In this document: positions 46,889-56,637 of the stretch, one piece after another
Layout: every line of letters starts with the position of its first letter
How positions within the stretch are numbered: position 1 is the first letter of the stretch
From: Rhodoglobus sp.
GTDB taxonomy: Bacteria > Actinomycetota > Actinomycetes > Actinomycetales > Microbacteriaceae
Length of the DNA: 64,000 nt
NCBI GenBank assembly: GCA_025463515.1
Contig: JAODAQ010000053.1
Location: 62,735 to 126,734 of the forward strand
Reading direction: 5' to 3'
The notes under the pieces: generated by a model
Seen by the model: only the letters and a program-made list of their open reading frames with translations
Database searches by the model: none
What the model was told of the DNA's origin: nothing
Program-made: the position numbers and the translations under genes

Positions 46889-48307
46889 GTGACAGTGCGG
46901 CTCTACGACACCAAGGCGCAAGCCGAGGCCGACTTCGTTCCTCTTGTTGAGGGCAAGGTCGGTATGTACGTCTGTGGACCCACGGTGCAGTCCAGCCCGC
47001 ACATCGGCCACCTGCGCTCGGCGCTCGTCTACGACCTGTGGCGGCGCTGGTTCACCTATCGCGGCTACGACGTCACGCTCGTGCGCAACGTGACCGACAT
47101 CGACGACAAGATCCTCGCGGCGGTGTCGGCAGGCTCGATCCCCGGCGGCGAGCAGTGGTGGGCCCTCGCATACCGGTACGAACTGGAGTTCACGGCGGGC
47201 TACACGCGGCTGGGCATCCTGCCACCCACGTACGAGCCGCGCGCAACGGCGTCGATCGGGGAGATGCGCGAGATCATCCAGCGCCTCATCGACTCGGGCC
47301 ACGCGTATGCCGCCGCGGGCGACGTCTACTTCGACACGGCGAGCTGGCCGAACTACGGCGAGCTCACCCGCCAGAAGCCCGAGAACATGGAGGCCGCCGG
47401 CGACGCCGACCCCCGTGGCAAGCGCGCCGCCCAGGACTTCGCCCTCTGGAAGGGCCGCAAAGACGACGAGCCGACGGACGCCTCGTGGCCGTCGCCCTGG
47501 GGCGAGGGCCGTCCTGGCTGGCACATCGAGTGCTCGGCCATGTCCCGACGCTACCTCGGGCCCGCCTTCGACATCCACGGTGGCGGACTCGACCTGCGCT
47601 TCCCCCATCACGAGAACGAGATCGCGCAGTCCACGGCCGCGGGCGACCCGTTCGCAAGCTACTGGGTGCACAACGGCCTCGTGAACGTCGAGGGCCAGAA
47701 GATGTCGAAGTCGCTCGGCAACTCCATCTTCGCCGCCGAGTTCCTCGAGCTGGCGCGGCCGATCGTCGTGCGCTACTTCCTCGGGGCCGCGCACTACCGG
47801 TCGACCATCGACTACCACGACGGCTCCCTCGCCGAGGCGGAGGCCGCGCTCGACCGCATCGAGGTCTTCCTCACCCGCGCCGACCGTCGCCTCGCCGGCA
47901 CCAAGTTCGCCGGCAGCGGCGTCGAGCTCATCCCGGAGGCGTTCGGCGCCGCCATGGACGACGACCTCGGTGTGCCCCAGGCGCTCGGCGTGCTGCACGA
48001 GACCGTGCGCGCCGGCAACGCCGCGCTCGACAACGGGGATCTCGCGGCCGTGGCATCCGCCCGGGGTGAAGTCCTCGCAATGAGCGAGGTGCTCGGCATC
48101 AACCCGCTGTCGCCGCAGTGGAAGGCCGACTCGGCCCCCGCCGACCGCGCGCTGGGCCAGCTCGTCGAGACCCTGATCGCCGACCGCAATGCCGCACGCG
48201 CGGCCAAAGACTTCGCAGCGGCTGACAGGATCCGTGATGAACTTGCCGCTGCGGGCATCGCCGTCGAAGACGGCCCGACCGGATCCCATTGGAGCATCGA
48301 CTCATGA
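46889..48307 (+). CDS. cysS: Cysteine--tRNA ligase
   Basis: HIGH (SPHIGHLR) and KMSKS motifs. GTG start. Confidence 0.95.
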   Translation: MTVRLYDTKAQAEADFVPLVEGKVGMYVCGPTVQSSPHIGHLRSALVYDLWRRWFTYRGYDVTLVRNVTDIDDKILAAVSAGSIPGGEQWWALAYRYELEFTAGYTRLGILPPTYEPRATASIGEMREIIQRLIDSGHAYAAAGDVYFDTASWPNYGELTRQKPENMEAAGDADPRGKRAAQDFALWKGRKDDEPTDASWPSPWGEGRPGWHIECSAMSRRYLGPAFDIHGGGLDLRFPHHENEIAQSTAAGDPFASYWVHNGLVNVEGQKMSKSLGNSIFAAEFLELARPIVVRYFLGAAHYRSTIDYHDGSLAEAEAALDRIEVFLTRADRRLAGTKFAGSGVELIPEAFGAAMDDDLGVPQALGVLHETVRAGNAALDNGDLAAVASARGEVLAMSEVLGINPLSPQWKADSAPADRALGQLVETLIADRNAARAAKDFAAADRIRDELAAAGIAVEDGPTGSHWSIDS

Positions 48308-49338
48308 AAAGCCCAGGAAACAAGCCCCGCGCGGGCGCCGTCCGCAAGTCGCGAAAGGGGCCGCAGGTCGGCTCCGGCGGGCAGGGGCGCCAGGCCCTCG
48401 AGGGCAAGAAGCCCACGCCCAAGGCTGTGGACCGTCCGTACCATCCCGCCGGCAAGCGCAAGGCCGCGGCCGAGCGCTTCGAGGCGGCGGGCGGCAAGCG
48501 CACCGGCAAGGGGCCGGAGAGCTCGGACGGGAGGTCTCGACAGGCTCGACCGACGAAAGACCGCAGCCCGAAGTCTGCCGACGAGTCGGAGATGGTGACC
48601 GGGCGCAACTCGGTGCTCGAGGCGCTGCGCGCGAAGATCCCGGTGACGACGCTCTACATGGCGGCGCGCATCGAGTTCGACGACCGCGTGAAGGAGATCC
48701 TCTCCATCGCGACCGGCCGCGGTGTGCCGATCCTCGAGGTCATGCGCCCCGAGCTCGACCGTCTCGCGGGCTTCGACTCCGTGCACCAGGGCGTCGCGCT
48801 CAAGGTCCCGCCGTACGAGTACGCGCACCCCATGGAGCTGCTCGACAAGGTGATCTCGCGCGGGCAGGTCCCCCTGTTCGTCGCGCTGGACGGGATCACC
48901 GACCCGCGCAACCTCGGGGCGATCATCCGGTCGGTTGCGGCTTTTGGCGGCCATGGCGTGATCGTGCCCCAGCGGCGCTCGGTCGGGCTCACCGCCTCGG
49001 CGTGGAAGACCTCCGCGGGAGCCGCGGCGCGCACGCCCGTGGCCATGGCGGGCAACCTGACCCAGACGATCAAGGCGTTCAAGGATCGCGGCGTCTTCGT
49101 GCTCGGGCTCGACGGCGGCGGAGACACCATGCTCCCCGACCTGCAGCTCGCGAAGGAGCCCGTGCTCGTCGTGGTCGGCAGCGAGGGCAAGGGCCTCTCG
49201 CGCCTCGTGACCGAGAACTGCGACGCGGTGGTGTCGATCCCGATCAGCGCGTCGACCGAGTCGCTCAACGCCGGCATCGCGGCGAGCGTGACCCTCTACG
49301 AGATCTCGAGGCTGCGCGCGGCGGCGAAGAAGAAGTAA
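48304..49338 (+). CDS. rlmB: 23S rRNA 2'-O-methyltransferase, RlmB/TrmH (SpoU) family
   Basis: Lys/Arg/Gly-rich N-terminus and a SpoU domain (DGITDPRNLGAIIRS, GSEGKGLS, SLNA). ATGA overlap with the cysS stop. Confidence 0.85.
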   Translation: MKSPGNKPRAGAVRKSRKGPQVGSGGQGRQALEGKKPTPKAVDRPYHPAGKRKAAAERFEAAGGKRTGKGPESSDGRSRQARPTKDRSPKSADESEMVTGRNSVLEALRAKIPVTTLYMAARIEFDDRVKEILSIATGRGVPILEVMRPELDRLAGFDSVHQGVALKVPPYEYAHPMELLDKVISRGQVPLFVALDGITDPRNLGAIIRSVAAFGGHGVIVPQRRSVGLTASAWKTSAGAAARTPVAMAGNLTQTIKAFKDRGVFVLGLDGGGDTMLPDLQLAKEPVLVVVGSEGKGLSRLVTENCDAVVSIPISASTESLNAGIAASVTLYEISRLRAAAKKK

Positions 49339-49343
49339 CCGCC

Positions 49344-49414
49344 GGTTGAGTAGGCCGTTCACGGCAGTATCGAAACCAGGTTTCGATACGCGCGCCAGAG
49401 CGCGCTACTCAACC
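49344..49414. repeat. REP-A inverted pair (F 49344-49377, R 49379-49414)
   Basis: The pair fills the convergent gap between rlmB and the amidohydrolase gene. Confidence 0.85.
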
Positions 49415-49425
49415 AGCGGGGCTCG

Positions 49426-50859
49426 CTACTTCTTGTACTGGTACGGGTTGAAGAGCACCTCGGACTCGGGGATCTCGGGGTGCTGCCCGGAGATCCACTC
49501 GTCGCCGACCTCGGTCTCGAGGTAGCTGACTGTCGCGTCCAGCTTCTTCTTCACGCCGGCCAGGTCGCCGGCGACGACCTTGCCCTCGGACTTGACGACC
49601 TCGCCGCCGACGAGCACCGTGTGCACGTCGCCGCGCTGGGCCTGGTACACGACCTGGCCCCACGGGTTGATGAGCGGGGCCCAGGTGGGCGAGTCCTCGT
49701 TCTTGAGCAGCACGACGTCGGCGAGCTTGCCCTTCTCGAGCGAGCCGATCTGGTCGTCCTTGCCGATCGCCTGAGCACCGCCGCGGGTCGCCATGTGCAC
49801 GACGTCCTCCGCGCGCAGCTTCACGTGGGTGATCGTCTCGGCCGGCTCCAGCTGGTGTGCGTGGTAGTGCTCCAGCGCGCGGTCGGCGTTCACCGTCGCC
49901 CGCATCGCGGAGAACAGGTCGGCGCTGAACCAGACACTCGTGTCGACGGAGAGCGACGCGGGGATGCCGTACTTCCGCAGCTGGTGGATGGGCGGGTAGC
50001 CCTGGCCGCAGGTGTCCTCCGACTCGGTCGCCAGCGACACGTTGCCGCCGGTCGCCGCGATCTTCAGGTACGAGTCCTCGGTGAGCGAGGCGGCGTGCAC
50101 GTAGGTGAAGCCCTCCTCCATGACGCCGGCGTCATAGGCGTTACGGATGCCCCAGTCATTGGTCGCGCCCCAGACACCGGAGTGCGTGGTGACGCGCAGG
50201 CCCAGCTCCTTCGCTGCCTGGTAGGCGCCGAGCTCGGGGAAGTTCGGGTCTTGGTTGGGGACGTCGAAGGCGATCTGGGTGCCGAACATGCGCGAGTCAT
50301 CCCGCGACTTCGTCAGCAGCGCCTGGACCGCCGGGTCGTTCGCCCACTCCCACGGCGACTGGTGGATGTTGCCGTAGGCGAAGACGAAGCGTCCCGGGGA
50401 GTTCACGAGCGCGTCGAACGCGGCCTCGCCGTGCTCGACCGTGCGCAGGCCGTGCGACCAGTCGACGCTCGTCGTGACACCGGACTCGACAGCGTCGAGT
50501 GCGGAGATCAGGTTGCCGGCGGCGTAGTCCTCCGGGCGGAACTTCATGCCGTGCTGCAGGTAGTACCAGACGAAGTACTGCGTGAGCGTCCAGTCGGCTC
50601 CGTAGCCGCGCATCGCGGTCTGCCACATGTGGCGGTGGGTGTCGACCATGCCGGGCATGATGATGCCGCCCTTGGCGTCGATCTCGAAGGTGTTGTCGGG
50701 TACCGAGAGGCTCACGCCCACCTCGGCGATCTTTCCGTCGACGACGAGGACGTCGCCGTTCGGGATGACCGTGTGGGAATCGTCCATCGTCAAGACGATG
50801 CCGTTCCGGAACACGATGGGTTGGCCGGGCTTGGGTGTGGCGGGCATTCTGACGCTCAT
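49426..50859 (-). CDS. Amidohydrolase-superfamily protein (deaminase/chlorohydrolase-like)
   Basis: 477 aa. GMVDTHRH metal motif, plus later conserved His/Asp positions. Confidence 0.8.
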   Translation of the reverse strand: MSVRMPATPKPGQPIVFRNGIVLTMDDSHTVIPNGDVLVVDGKIAEVGVSLSVPDNTFEIDAKGGIIMPGMVDTHRHMWQTAMRGYGADWTLTQYFVWYYLQHGMKFRPEDYAAGNLISALDAVESGVTTSVDWSHGLRTVEHGEAAFDALVNSPGRFVFAYGNIHQSPWEWANDPAVQALLTKSRDDSRMFGTQIAFDVPNQDPNFPELGAYQAAKELGLRVTTHSGVWGATNDWGIRNAYDAGVMEEGFTYVHAASLTEDSYLKIAATGGNVSLATESEDTCGQGYPPIHQLRKYGIPASLSVDTSVWFSADLFSAMRATVNADRALEHYHAHQLEPAETITHVKLRAEDVVHMATRGGAQAIGKDDQIGSLEKGKLADVVLLKNEDSPTWAPLINPWGQVVYQAQRGDVHTVLVGGEVVKSEGKVVAGDLAGVKKKLDATVSYLETEVGDEWISGQHPEIPESEVLFNPYQYKK

Positions 50860-51112
50860 CCTCCTTGATGACTGCGGTCTGTCGCGCGCGGACCGAGCCG
50901 GCGGACTTCACTCAGGTTAAACAATGCTGCACATCCTGTCCAGTAGCACTTTGGATGAATATGCTCGGCCGGGCGGCCTTAAAGGGCGGTTGGGGCAGAC
51001 GCGGCCAGCTTGACGGAGGCCTCGCGCGGCGTCTAGCCTGCGTTAAGCAGCAATGAACGAGGACGTTCGGGTCCCGAGTGCCAAGTGCTGCGAATTGCGG
51101 AGGATCCACAGC

Positions 51113-52009
51113 ATGAGCGCGCGATTTGTCGTCCGAGCGGCGAGCGATGCCGAGTACGCCGATCCCGGTGATCTGGCCCCCGGATCCGTGGGGCTGACGC
51201 GCTGGGCGGCGGTCACCGAGGACGACGGCGCGGTCCACACCGGCTTCGGGATCTCACGGCTCGCGCCGGGCGGAACGGTTCCCACTCACGTCCATTCGTT
51301 CGAGGAGAGCTTCCACGTGCTCGAGGGCTCGGTCATCCTTGTCACGCCCGAAGCCACCGTGGAACTCGTCGCCGGCGACTACGGGGTGGTGCCGATCGGA
51401 GTGCCGCACTCGTGGCACGCGACCGGCTCGGCCGACGCCGCCTGGTCTGACGTGTTCAGCCCGGTTCCGCGCGCGGCGCACGGGTACGACACGTACCTCG
51501 TGGCGCCGATCCCGGCGGGAGAGCCGGTGAAGGTGGATGCCCGCGACCCCCGCACCCGCTCGTTCGGAGCCATCACCGCTCAGCAGATGGACCCGTCGCG
51601 CCAGTCGCAGAAGAACCTCGCCCAGTCGGCGAGCATGCGCACGGCCCTGCTCGTCTACAGCGGCATCTCGCTCAAGATGATGGTCGACTCCGACCTCGGC
51701 GCCGTGCTCGCGACCATGTTCATGGTGCAGTACGAGCCCGACGGCGTCGCGGGACCGCACGACCACCCGCTCGAGGAGGCCTACCTCATCACCGAGGGCG
51801 AGGTCGACGCGACGTTCGACGGCCAGCCCTTCCGGCTGGGCGTGGGCGACATCGCCTGGGCGGGCGTGGGCTGCGTGCACTCCTTCGCGGCGACCGGCGC
51901 GCCCGTGCGCTGGCTGGAGACCCAGTCGCCCCAGATGCCGGCCCGCCACGCCTACCGGTTCGCCCGGGACTGGAACTACCTGATCGACAAACTGGAGGAG
52001 CAGCAATGA
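51113..52009 (+). CDS. Bicupin protein
   Basis: Two cupin cores (GGTVPTHVHSFEESFHVLEG and GVAGPHDHPLEEAYLITEG). ATG 51113 with a GGAGGA SD site. Confidence 0.7.
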   Translation: MSARFVVRAASDAEYADPGDLAPGSVGLTRWAAVTEDDGAVHTGFGISRLAPGGTVPTHVHSFEESFHVLEGSVILVTPEATVELVAGDYGVVPIGVPHSWHATGSADAAWSDVFSPVPRAAHGYDTYLVAPIPAGEPVKVDARDPRTRSFGAITAQQMDPSRQSQKNLAQSASMRTALLVYSGISLKMMVDSDLGAVLATMFMVQYEPDGVAGPHDHPLEEAYLITEGEVDATFDGQPFRLGVGDIAWAGVGCVHSFAATGAPVRWLETQSPQMPARHAYRFARDWNYLIDKLEEQQ

Positions 52010-52710
52010 CGCGCACCATCGTCATCATCGGCGGCACGAGCGGCATCGGGCTCGAGATCGCCAAGGACGCCATCGCGCGCGGGGAGCACGTCGTGCTCAC
52101 CGGCCGCGATCTCGCCAACACGCAGGCGATCGCCGCGACCCTAGGCGACGGCGCCACGGGCCTCGCGGTCGACATCTCGGAGCCCGAGTCGATCAAGGCG
52201 AGCCTCGCGAGCGTCGGCCCGATCAACGGCCTCGTGCTCGCCGCGATCGAGCGCGACGCGAACACCGTGCGCGAGTACGACATCGCCCGGGCCGTGCGGC
52301 TCGTGACCCTCAAGCTCGTCGGCTACACCGAGACCGTGCACACGCTGCTCGACCGGCTCGAGCCCTCGGTCGAGACCGGCATCGTGCTCTTCGGCGGCCG
52401 GGCGAAGGATGCGCCCTACCCCGGTTCGACGACCGTCTCGACGATCAACGGCGGCGTCGAGGGACTCGTGACCACGCTCGCCCACGAGCTCACGCCGATC
52501 CGCGTGAACGCCATCCACCCCGGGATCATCGGCAACAGCCCGTTCTGGGCCGCCAAGCCCGAGGGAGTGCTCGACGCGTACCAGTCGCGCACGCCCGGCG
52601 GCGAGCTCGCGACCATGGAGGACGTGGTCGGCGCTACCCGGTTCCTGCTGGACAACCGCGGGGTGTCGGCGACCAACCTGTTCGTGGACCGGGGCTGGCG
52701 CATCACCTGA
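52006..52710 (+). CDS. SDR-family oxidoreductase
   Basis: IIGGTSGIG motif. ATGA overlap with the bicupin gene. Confidence 0.8.
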   Translation: MTRTIVIIGGTSGIGLEIAKDAIARGEHVVLTGRDLANTQAIAATLGDGATGLAVDISEPESIKASLASVGPINGLVLAAIERDANTVREYDIARAVRLVTLKLVGYTETVHTLLDRLEPSVETGIVLFGGRAKDAPYPGSTTVSTINGGVEGLVTTLAHELTPIRVNAIHPGIIGNSPFWAAKPEGVLDAYQSRTPGGELATMEDVVGATRFLLDNRGVSATNLFVDRGWRIT

Positions 52711-52716
52711 CCCGTG

Positions 52717-52753
52717 GGTTGAGTAGCGCCCTCTGGGGGCGCGTATCGAAACC
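52717..52753 (+). repeat. REP-A unit (forward)
   Basis: GGTTGAGTAG-CGCCCTCTGGGGGCGC-GTATCGAAACC. Confidence 0.85.
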
Positions 52754-52773
52754 GGTGGCGTGACTGCTTCTGT

Positions 52774-52855
52774 GCACTATTCAGGACAGTTGGGATCGGC
52801 CGTGCCGGTCAAGCGCTGAACGGCGACGGTTGACGCGGCTCGTCCTGAATTGTGC
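52774..52855. repeat. TCAGGACA-family hairpin
   Basis: GCACTATTCAGGAC / GTCCTGAATTGTGC (one mismatch) with a 54-nt loop, nested between REP-A F (52717) and R (52909). Confidence 0.75.
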
Positions 52856-52908
52856 GCGGTGTTGGCGGCGGATGGTGCCGAGGCGCCGCGAGCCCCTCGC
52901 GCGGGCAC

Positions 52909-52942
52909 GGTTTCGATACGGCCGCGGGCGGCCTACTCAACC
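52909..52942 (-). repeat. REP-A unit (reverse) overlapping the MFS gene stop codon
   Basis: GGTTTCGATACGGCCGCGGGCGGCCTACTCAACC. The CTA at 52933-52935 is the transporter stop codon. Confidence 0.85.
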
Positions 52943-54063
52943 GACCGGGCGGCCACCAGGGCCACCGTGACGGAGCCCAGCGCGAGCAGGAGCGCGAGCA
53001 TCCCGACGCCCGCGTAGCCGGCCGAGCGCATGATGAGGTCGGCGACCGCAGTCGCGGCCGAGCTCGCGAAGAACGTGGTCGCCATGAACACGGTGTTCGC
53101 GCGGCCGGACTCGGCGGGGTCGACGGATGCCAGGGCGTTCGCCTGGCTGGAGACCTGTGAGCTGCTCATCCCGAAGGAGACGAGGAAGAGCCCCAGGAGC
53201 ACCACGGGCACGGTGTGGCTGAAGGCGGCGATGAGGGCGGCGCCGAGGATGAGGGCTCCGAGGGAGAGCGGCAGGGCGCGACGGGTGCCGATGCGCGGCT
53301 GCACCCGCGCGGAGGCGACGGTCGCGGCGCCGCCCACGAGCCCCGCGAGGCCGATCGCGGCGGTCTGCGTCACCGAAAGGCCGAGCTCGGTGACGCCGTA
53401 GAGGGTGACCATCGACCACACCGAGATGAACGCCGAGAAGGCGAGCGCGTGGGTGATGGTCAGCAGCCGGAGGGTGCGCGAGCCGGCGACGATCCGGGGG
53501 ATCGAGGCGAGGATCCGGAGGTAGCTCGCAGAGCCGGGCGGTCGTGAGCCGGGGGCGAACCGCAGGGTCAGCGGGATGCACGCGAGCACGAGTACCGCGG
53601 CACCGACGAGTACGGCGCGCCACCCGAGGGCCTCAGCGAACGTGCCGAGCAGGGTGCGAACGCCGAACAGCCCGATCAGGAACGACCCGACGAGTACCGC
53701 GGCCGTCCGGGCGCGCACTGCAGGCGGCGCGAGTCGCAGGGCGGCGGACACCAGGATCTGCCCGATGGTCGCGGCCGCCCCCGCCACGAACATCATGACG
53801 GTGAACAGCGCGAAGCTGCCCGCGGCCGCCGCAACGAGGATGGCCGCCGCGGTGACCGCGAGCTGGATCGACACCTGCAGCCGGGGGATGAGCCGGTCGC
53901 CGAGCGAGACGAGGAACACGACGCCGATCGCGTAGCCCGCCTGCACCGCCACGGTCGCGCTCGAGGACTGCGCGAGCGGCACGCCGAGCTCCTCGGCCGC
54001 GAGGGTCTGGATCGGCTGCGGTACGTAGATTATCGAGACGCCGACGGCCGCGATGACCGCCAT
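52933..54063 (-). CDS. MFS transporter
   Basis: 376 aa with about 12 hydrophobic segments. Confidence 0.8.
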   Translation of the reverse strand: MAVIAAVGVSIIYVPQPIQTLAAEELGVPLAQSSSATVAVQAGYAIGVVFLVSLGDRLIPRLQVSIQLAVTAAAILVAAAAGSFALFTVMMFVAGAAATIGQILVSAALRLAPPAVRARTAAVLVGSFLIGLFGVRTLLGTFAEALGWRAVLVGAAVLVLACIPLTLRFAPGSRPPGSASYLRILASIPRIVAGSRTLRLLTITHALAFSAFISVWSMVTLYGVTELGLSVTQTAAIGLAGLVGGAATVASARVQPRIGTRRALPLSLGALILGAALIAAFSHTVPVVLLGLFLVSFGMSSSQVSSQANALASVDPAESGRANTVFMATTFFASSAATAVADLIMRSAGYAGVGMLALLLALGSVTVALVAARSVE

Positions 54064-54109
54064 AGCGGCGACCCGCGCGGCCCATCCCGTGCTGTCGGTG
54101 GCGGTCAGC

Positions 54110-55111
54110 TCAGCGCCGCCGGAACTTCGACCACGCGTCGAATCCGACGGCGAGCAGGATGATGACGCCCAGCGCGATCCCCTGGAACAGCGGGTCGATG
54201 CGCAGCAGGGTGAAGCCGTTGTAGAGCATCGCGATGAACAGGATGCCGAGCACGGTGCGCCAGATCGCGCCCTCGCCGCCCAGGATCGACGTGCCTCCGA
54301 CCACGATGCCCGCGAGCACGGTGAAGGTCAGTGTCGTCGAGATTGCGTCGTTCTCCGGAACGGACGGCGTGCGCGCGAGGTCGATGACCCCGGCGAGGCC
54401 CGAGGCGAGGCCGGCCAGCGCGAAGGTCGAGATGCGCACGATGTTCACCCGGATGCCCGCGAGGCGCGCCGCCTCCGCGTTGCCGCCCGCCGCGTACACG
54501 TAGCGGCCGAAGGTAGTCCTCCACAGCACGATGCCGAGGATCACGAGCACCACGAAGGCGATCCACGTCGGCAGCGAGATGCCGAGGGGCTTGGTCGTTG
54601 CGAGCCACCGGAACTCCGGGACATCCACGCGGATCTGGCCCACGCCCTGCTTGCCGAACTGCGAGACGAGCTTGGTGGCGCCGAGGATGATGAAGCTCAT
54701 GGCGAGCGTCGCGATCAGCGGGTTCACCTTGAGGTAGGTGCTGATGATGCCGTTCACGATGCCCACGAGGAGTCCGGCGAGAACGCCGACCGTGATGCCG
54801 AGCACGGCGCCCGCGACGCCGCCCACCTTCACGATCAGGGTGCCGCAGATCACCGCCGTGAACATGTAGGTCGCGCCGATCGAGAGGTCGATACCGCCCG
54901 CGATGAGCACGAGCGTGCTCGCCGCGGCGACGATCAGGATGCCCGACTGGCGGTCGAGCACATTGCCGACGTTCTGGAACGTGAGGAACGCGGGGCTGCC
55001 GATCGACAGCGCGATGAACACCGCCAGGAACGGGACGACGATGGCGAGCGAGCGCCACGGGATGCGCCGGGCGAAGCTGCGGGACGGCTGGGTCAGGGTG
55101 TCGGTACTCAT
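54110..55111 (-). CDS. Sugar ABC transporter permease (RbsC-like)
   Basis: 333 aa, multi-TM, branched-chain/ribose-type permease pattern. ATGA overlap with the ATPase gene. Confidence 0.85.
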   Translation of the reverse strand: MSTDTLTQPSRSFARRIPWRSLAIVVPFLAVFIALSIGSPAFLTFQNVGNVLDRQSGILIVAAASTLVLIAGGIDLSIGATYMFTAVICGTLIVKVGGVAGAVLGITVGVLAGLLVGIVNGIISTYLKVNPLIATLAMSFIILGATKLVSQFGKQGVGQIRVDVPEFRWLATTKPLGISLPTWIAFVVLVILGIVLWRTTFGRYVYAAGGNAEAARLAGIRVNIVRISTFALAGLASGLAGVIDLARTPSVPENDAISTTLTFTVLAGIVVGGTSILGGEGAIWRTVLGILFIAMLYNGFTLLRIDPLFQGIALGVIILLAVGFDAWSKFRRR

Positions 55112-56634
55112 ATGCTTCCGCTCGTGATCGGGTCCGCGAAGGCCGCGGTCAGGACTTTCTCCTCGGTCATGTCAGCGCCGGTGAGCTCGGCCACGACCCG
55201 GCCCGCGCGGATCACGAGGATCCGGTGCGCGAGACCCAGCACCTCCTCCACGTCGGACGAGATGACCAGCACGCCGATGCCCTGCGCGGCCTGGTCGACG
55301 ATGAGGTCGTAGATCGCGCGGCGCGAGCCGACGTCGACACCGCGGGTGGGCTCGTCGGCGATGAGGACCTTGCGCGAGCGCTGCAGCGCGCGGGCGAACA
55401 GCACCTTCTGCTGATTGCCGCCGGAGAGGGCTGACACGTCGCGCCGGTCGTCGCCGGCCACCGTCACGCGCTCGAGCATGTCGCGCGAGGCGCGCCGCTC
55501 CTTCGCGGGCATCACCCAGTTGCCGTTGGTGACGAGGGCGAGGTTCGACAGGGTCACGTTCTGCCGGATCGGCCGGCCGAGCACGAGGCCCTGCTCCTTG
55601 CGCGACTCCGGGATGAGGAAGATGCCCTTGCCGAGCGCCTCCGGGATGGACTGCCCGCAGTCGACGCCGTCGACCTCGACAGTTCCGGCGGAGCGGCGCA
55701 CCGAGCCGTAGATCGCGTGGGCGATCTCGCTGCGGCCCGCGCCGACGAGGCCGGCGAGTCCGACGATCTCTCCAGCGCGCACGGTGAGCGAGACCCCGTT
55801 GACCCCGGGGGCGACGAGGTCGGTGACGACGAGCACCTCGTTCTCGGCGGTCGGCAATGGCGGCTTCTCGGGGAACACCGACCCGAGCGTGCGGCCGAGC
55901 ATCCCCTCGATCAATGACGCCTCTGTCTCGCCGGCGGCGGGCGCGGTCCGGATGAGGCGGCCGTCGCGCAGGATCGTAATGGTGTCGCTCAGCTCGAGCA
56001 CCTCGGAGAGGTAGTGCGAGATGAGCAGGACGGTGTGGCCGGATGCCGCGAGCTGCCGCACCACGTCGTGAAGCAGTTCGGTGTCCCGGCCCGAAAGGGC
56101 GGCGGTGGGCTCATCCATGATGATGAGCGACGCGCCACGGGCCAGGGCCCGCAGGATCTCGACCTTCTGCTGGTCGGCGGTGCGGAGGCTCCCCACCGGC
56201 ACGTCGGGGTCGAGGGCGAAGCCGGTGCGCTCGGCGAGGGCGACGAACTCCTTGCGGAGCTGGCGGCGGCCGATCCAGCCGAGGGTGCGGGGCTCGCGCC
56301 CCAGGAAGACGTTCTCCGCTACGGAGAGGGCGGGCACGAGCGCGAGCTCCTGGGCGATCGCGGCGATGCCGCGGTCGAGTGCCTCGCGAGGAGTGCCGAA
56401 GCTCTGCTCCTCGCCATCGACGAGGAGCTCGCCGGAGTCCGCGGAGTAGATACCCGCGATGATCTTGCTGAGCGTCGACTTGCCCGCACCGTTCTCGCCG
56501 ACTAGGGCGTGCACCGAGCCGGGCTCGAGCCGCAGGTCGATGTCAGTGAGGACGGGCACGCCGCCGAAGGACTTGCCGACACCCCGCAGCTCCACGAGGA
56601 GCTGCGGGGTGTCGAGAGCTGCCGTGTTGGGCAC
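55108..56634 (-). CDS. Sugar ABC transporter ATP-binding protein (duplicated ABC, RbsA-like)
   Basis: Two ABC cassettes: GENGAGKST / IIMDEP, and a second LSGGNQQK / LIADEP. Confidence 0.9.
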   Translation of the reverse strand: MPNTAALDTPQLLVELRGVGKSFGGVPVLTDIDLRLEPGSVHALVGENGAGKSTLSKIIAGIYSADSGELLVDGEEQSFGTPREALDRGIAAIAQELALVPALSVAENVFLGREPRTLGWIGRRQLRKEFVALAERTGFALDPDVPVGSLRTADQQKVEILRALARGASLIIMDEPTAALSGRDTELLHDVVRQLAASGHTVLLISHYLSEVLELSDTITILRDGRLIRTAPAAGETEASLIEGMLGRTLGSVFPEKPPLPTAENEVLVVTDLVAPGVNGVSLTVRAGEIVGLAGLVGAGRSEIAHAIYGSVRRSAGTVEVDGVDCGQSIPEALGKGIFLIPESRKEQGLVLGRPIRQNVTLSNLALVTNGNWVMPAKERRASRDMLERVTVAGDDRRDVSALSGGNQQKVLFARALQRSRKVLIADEPTRGVDVGSRRAIYDLIVDQAAQGIGVLVISSDVEEVLGLAHRILVIRAGRVVAELTGADMTEEKVLTAAFADPITSGSI

Positions 56635-56637
56635 TAG

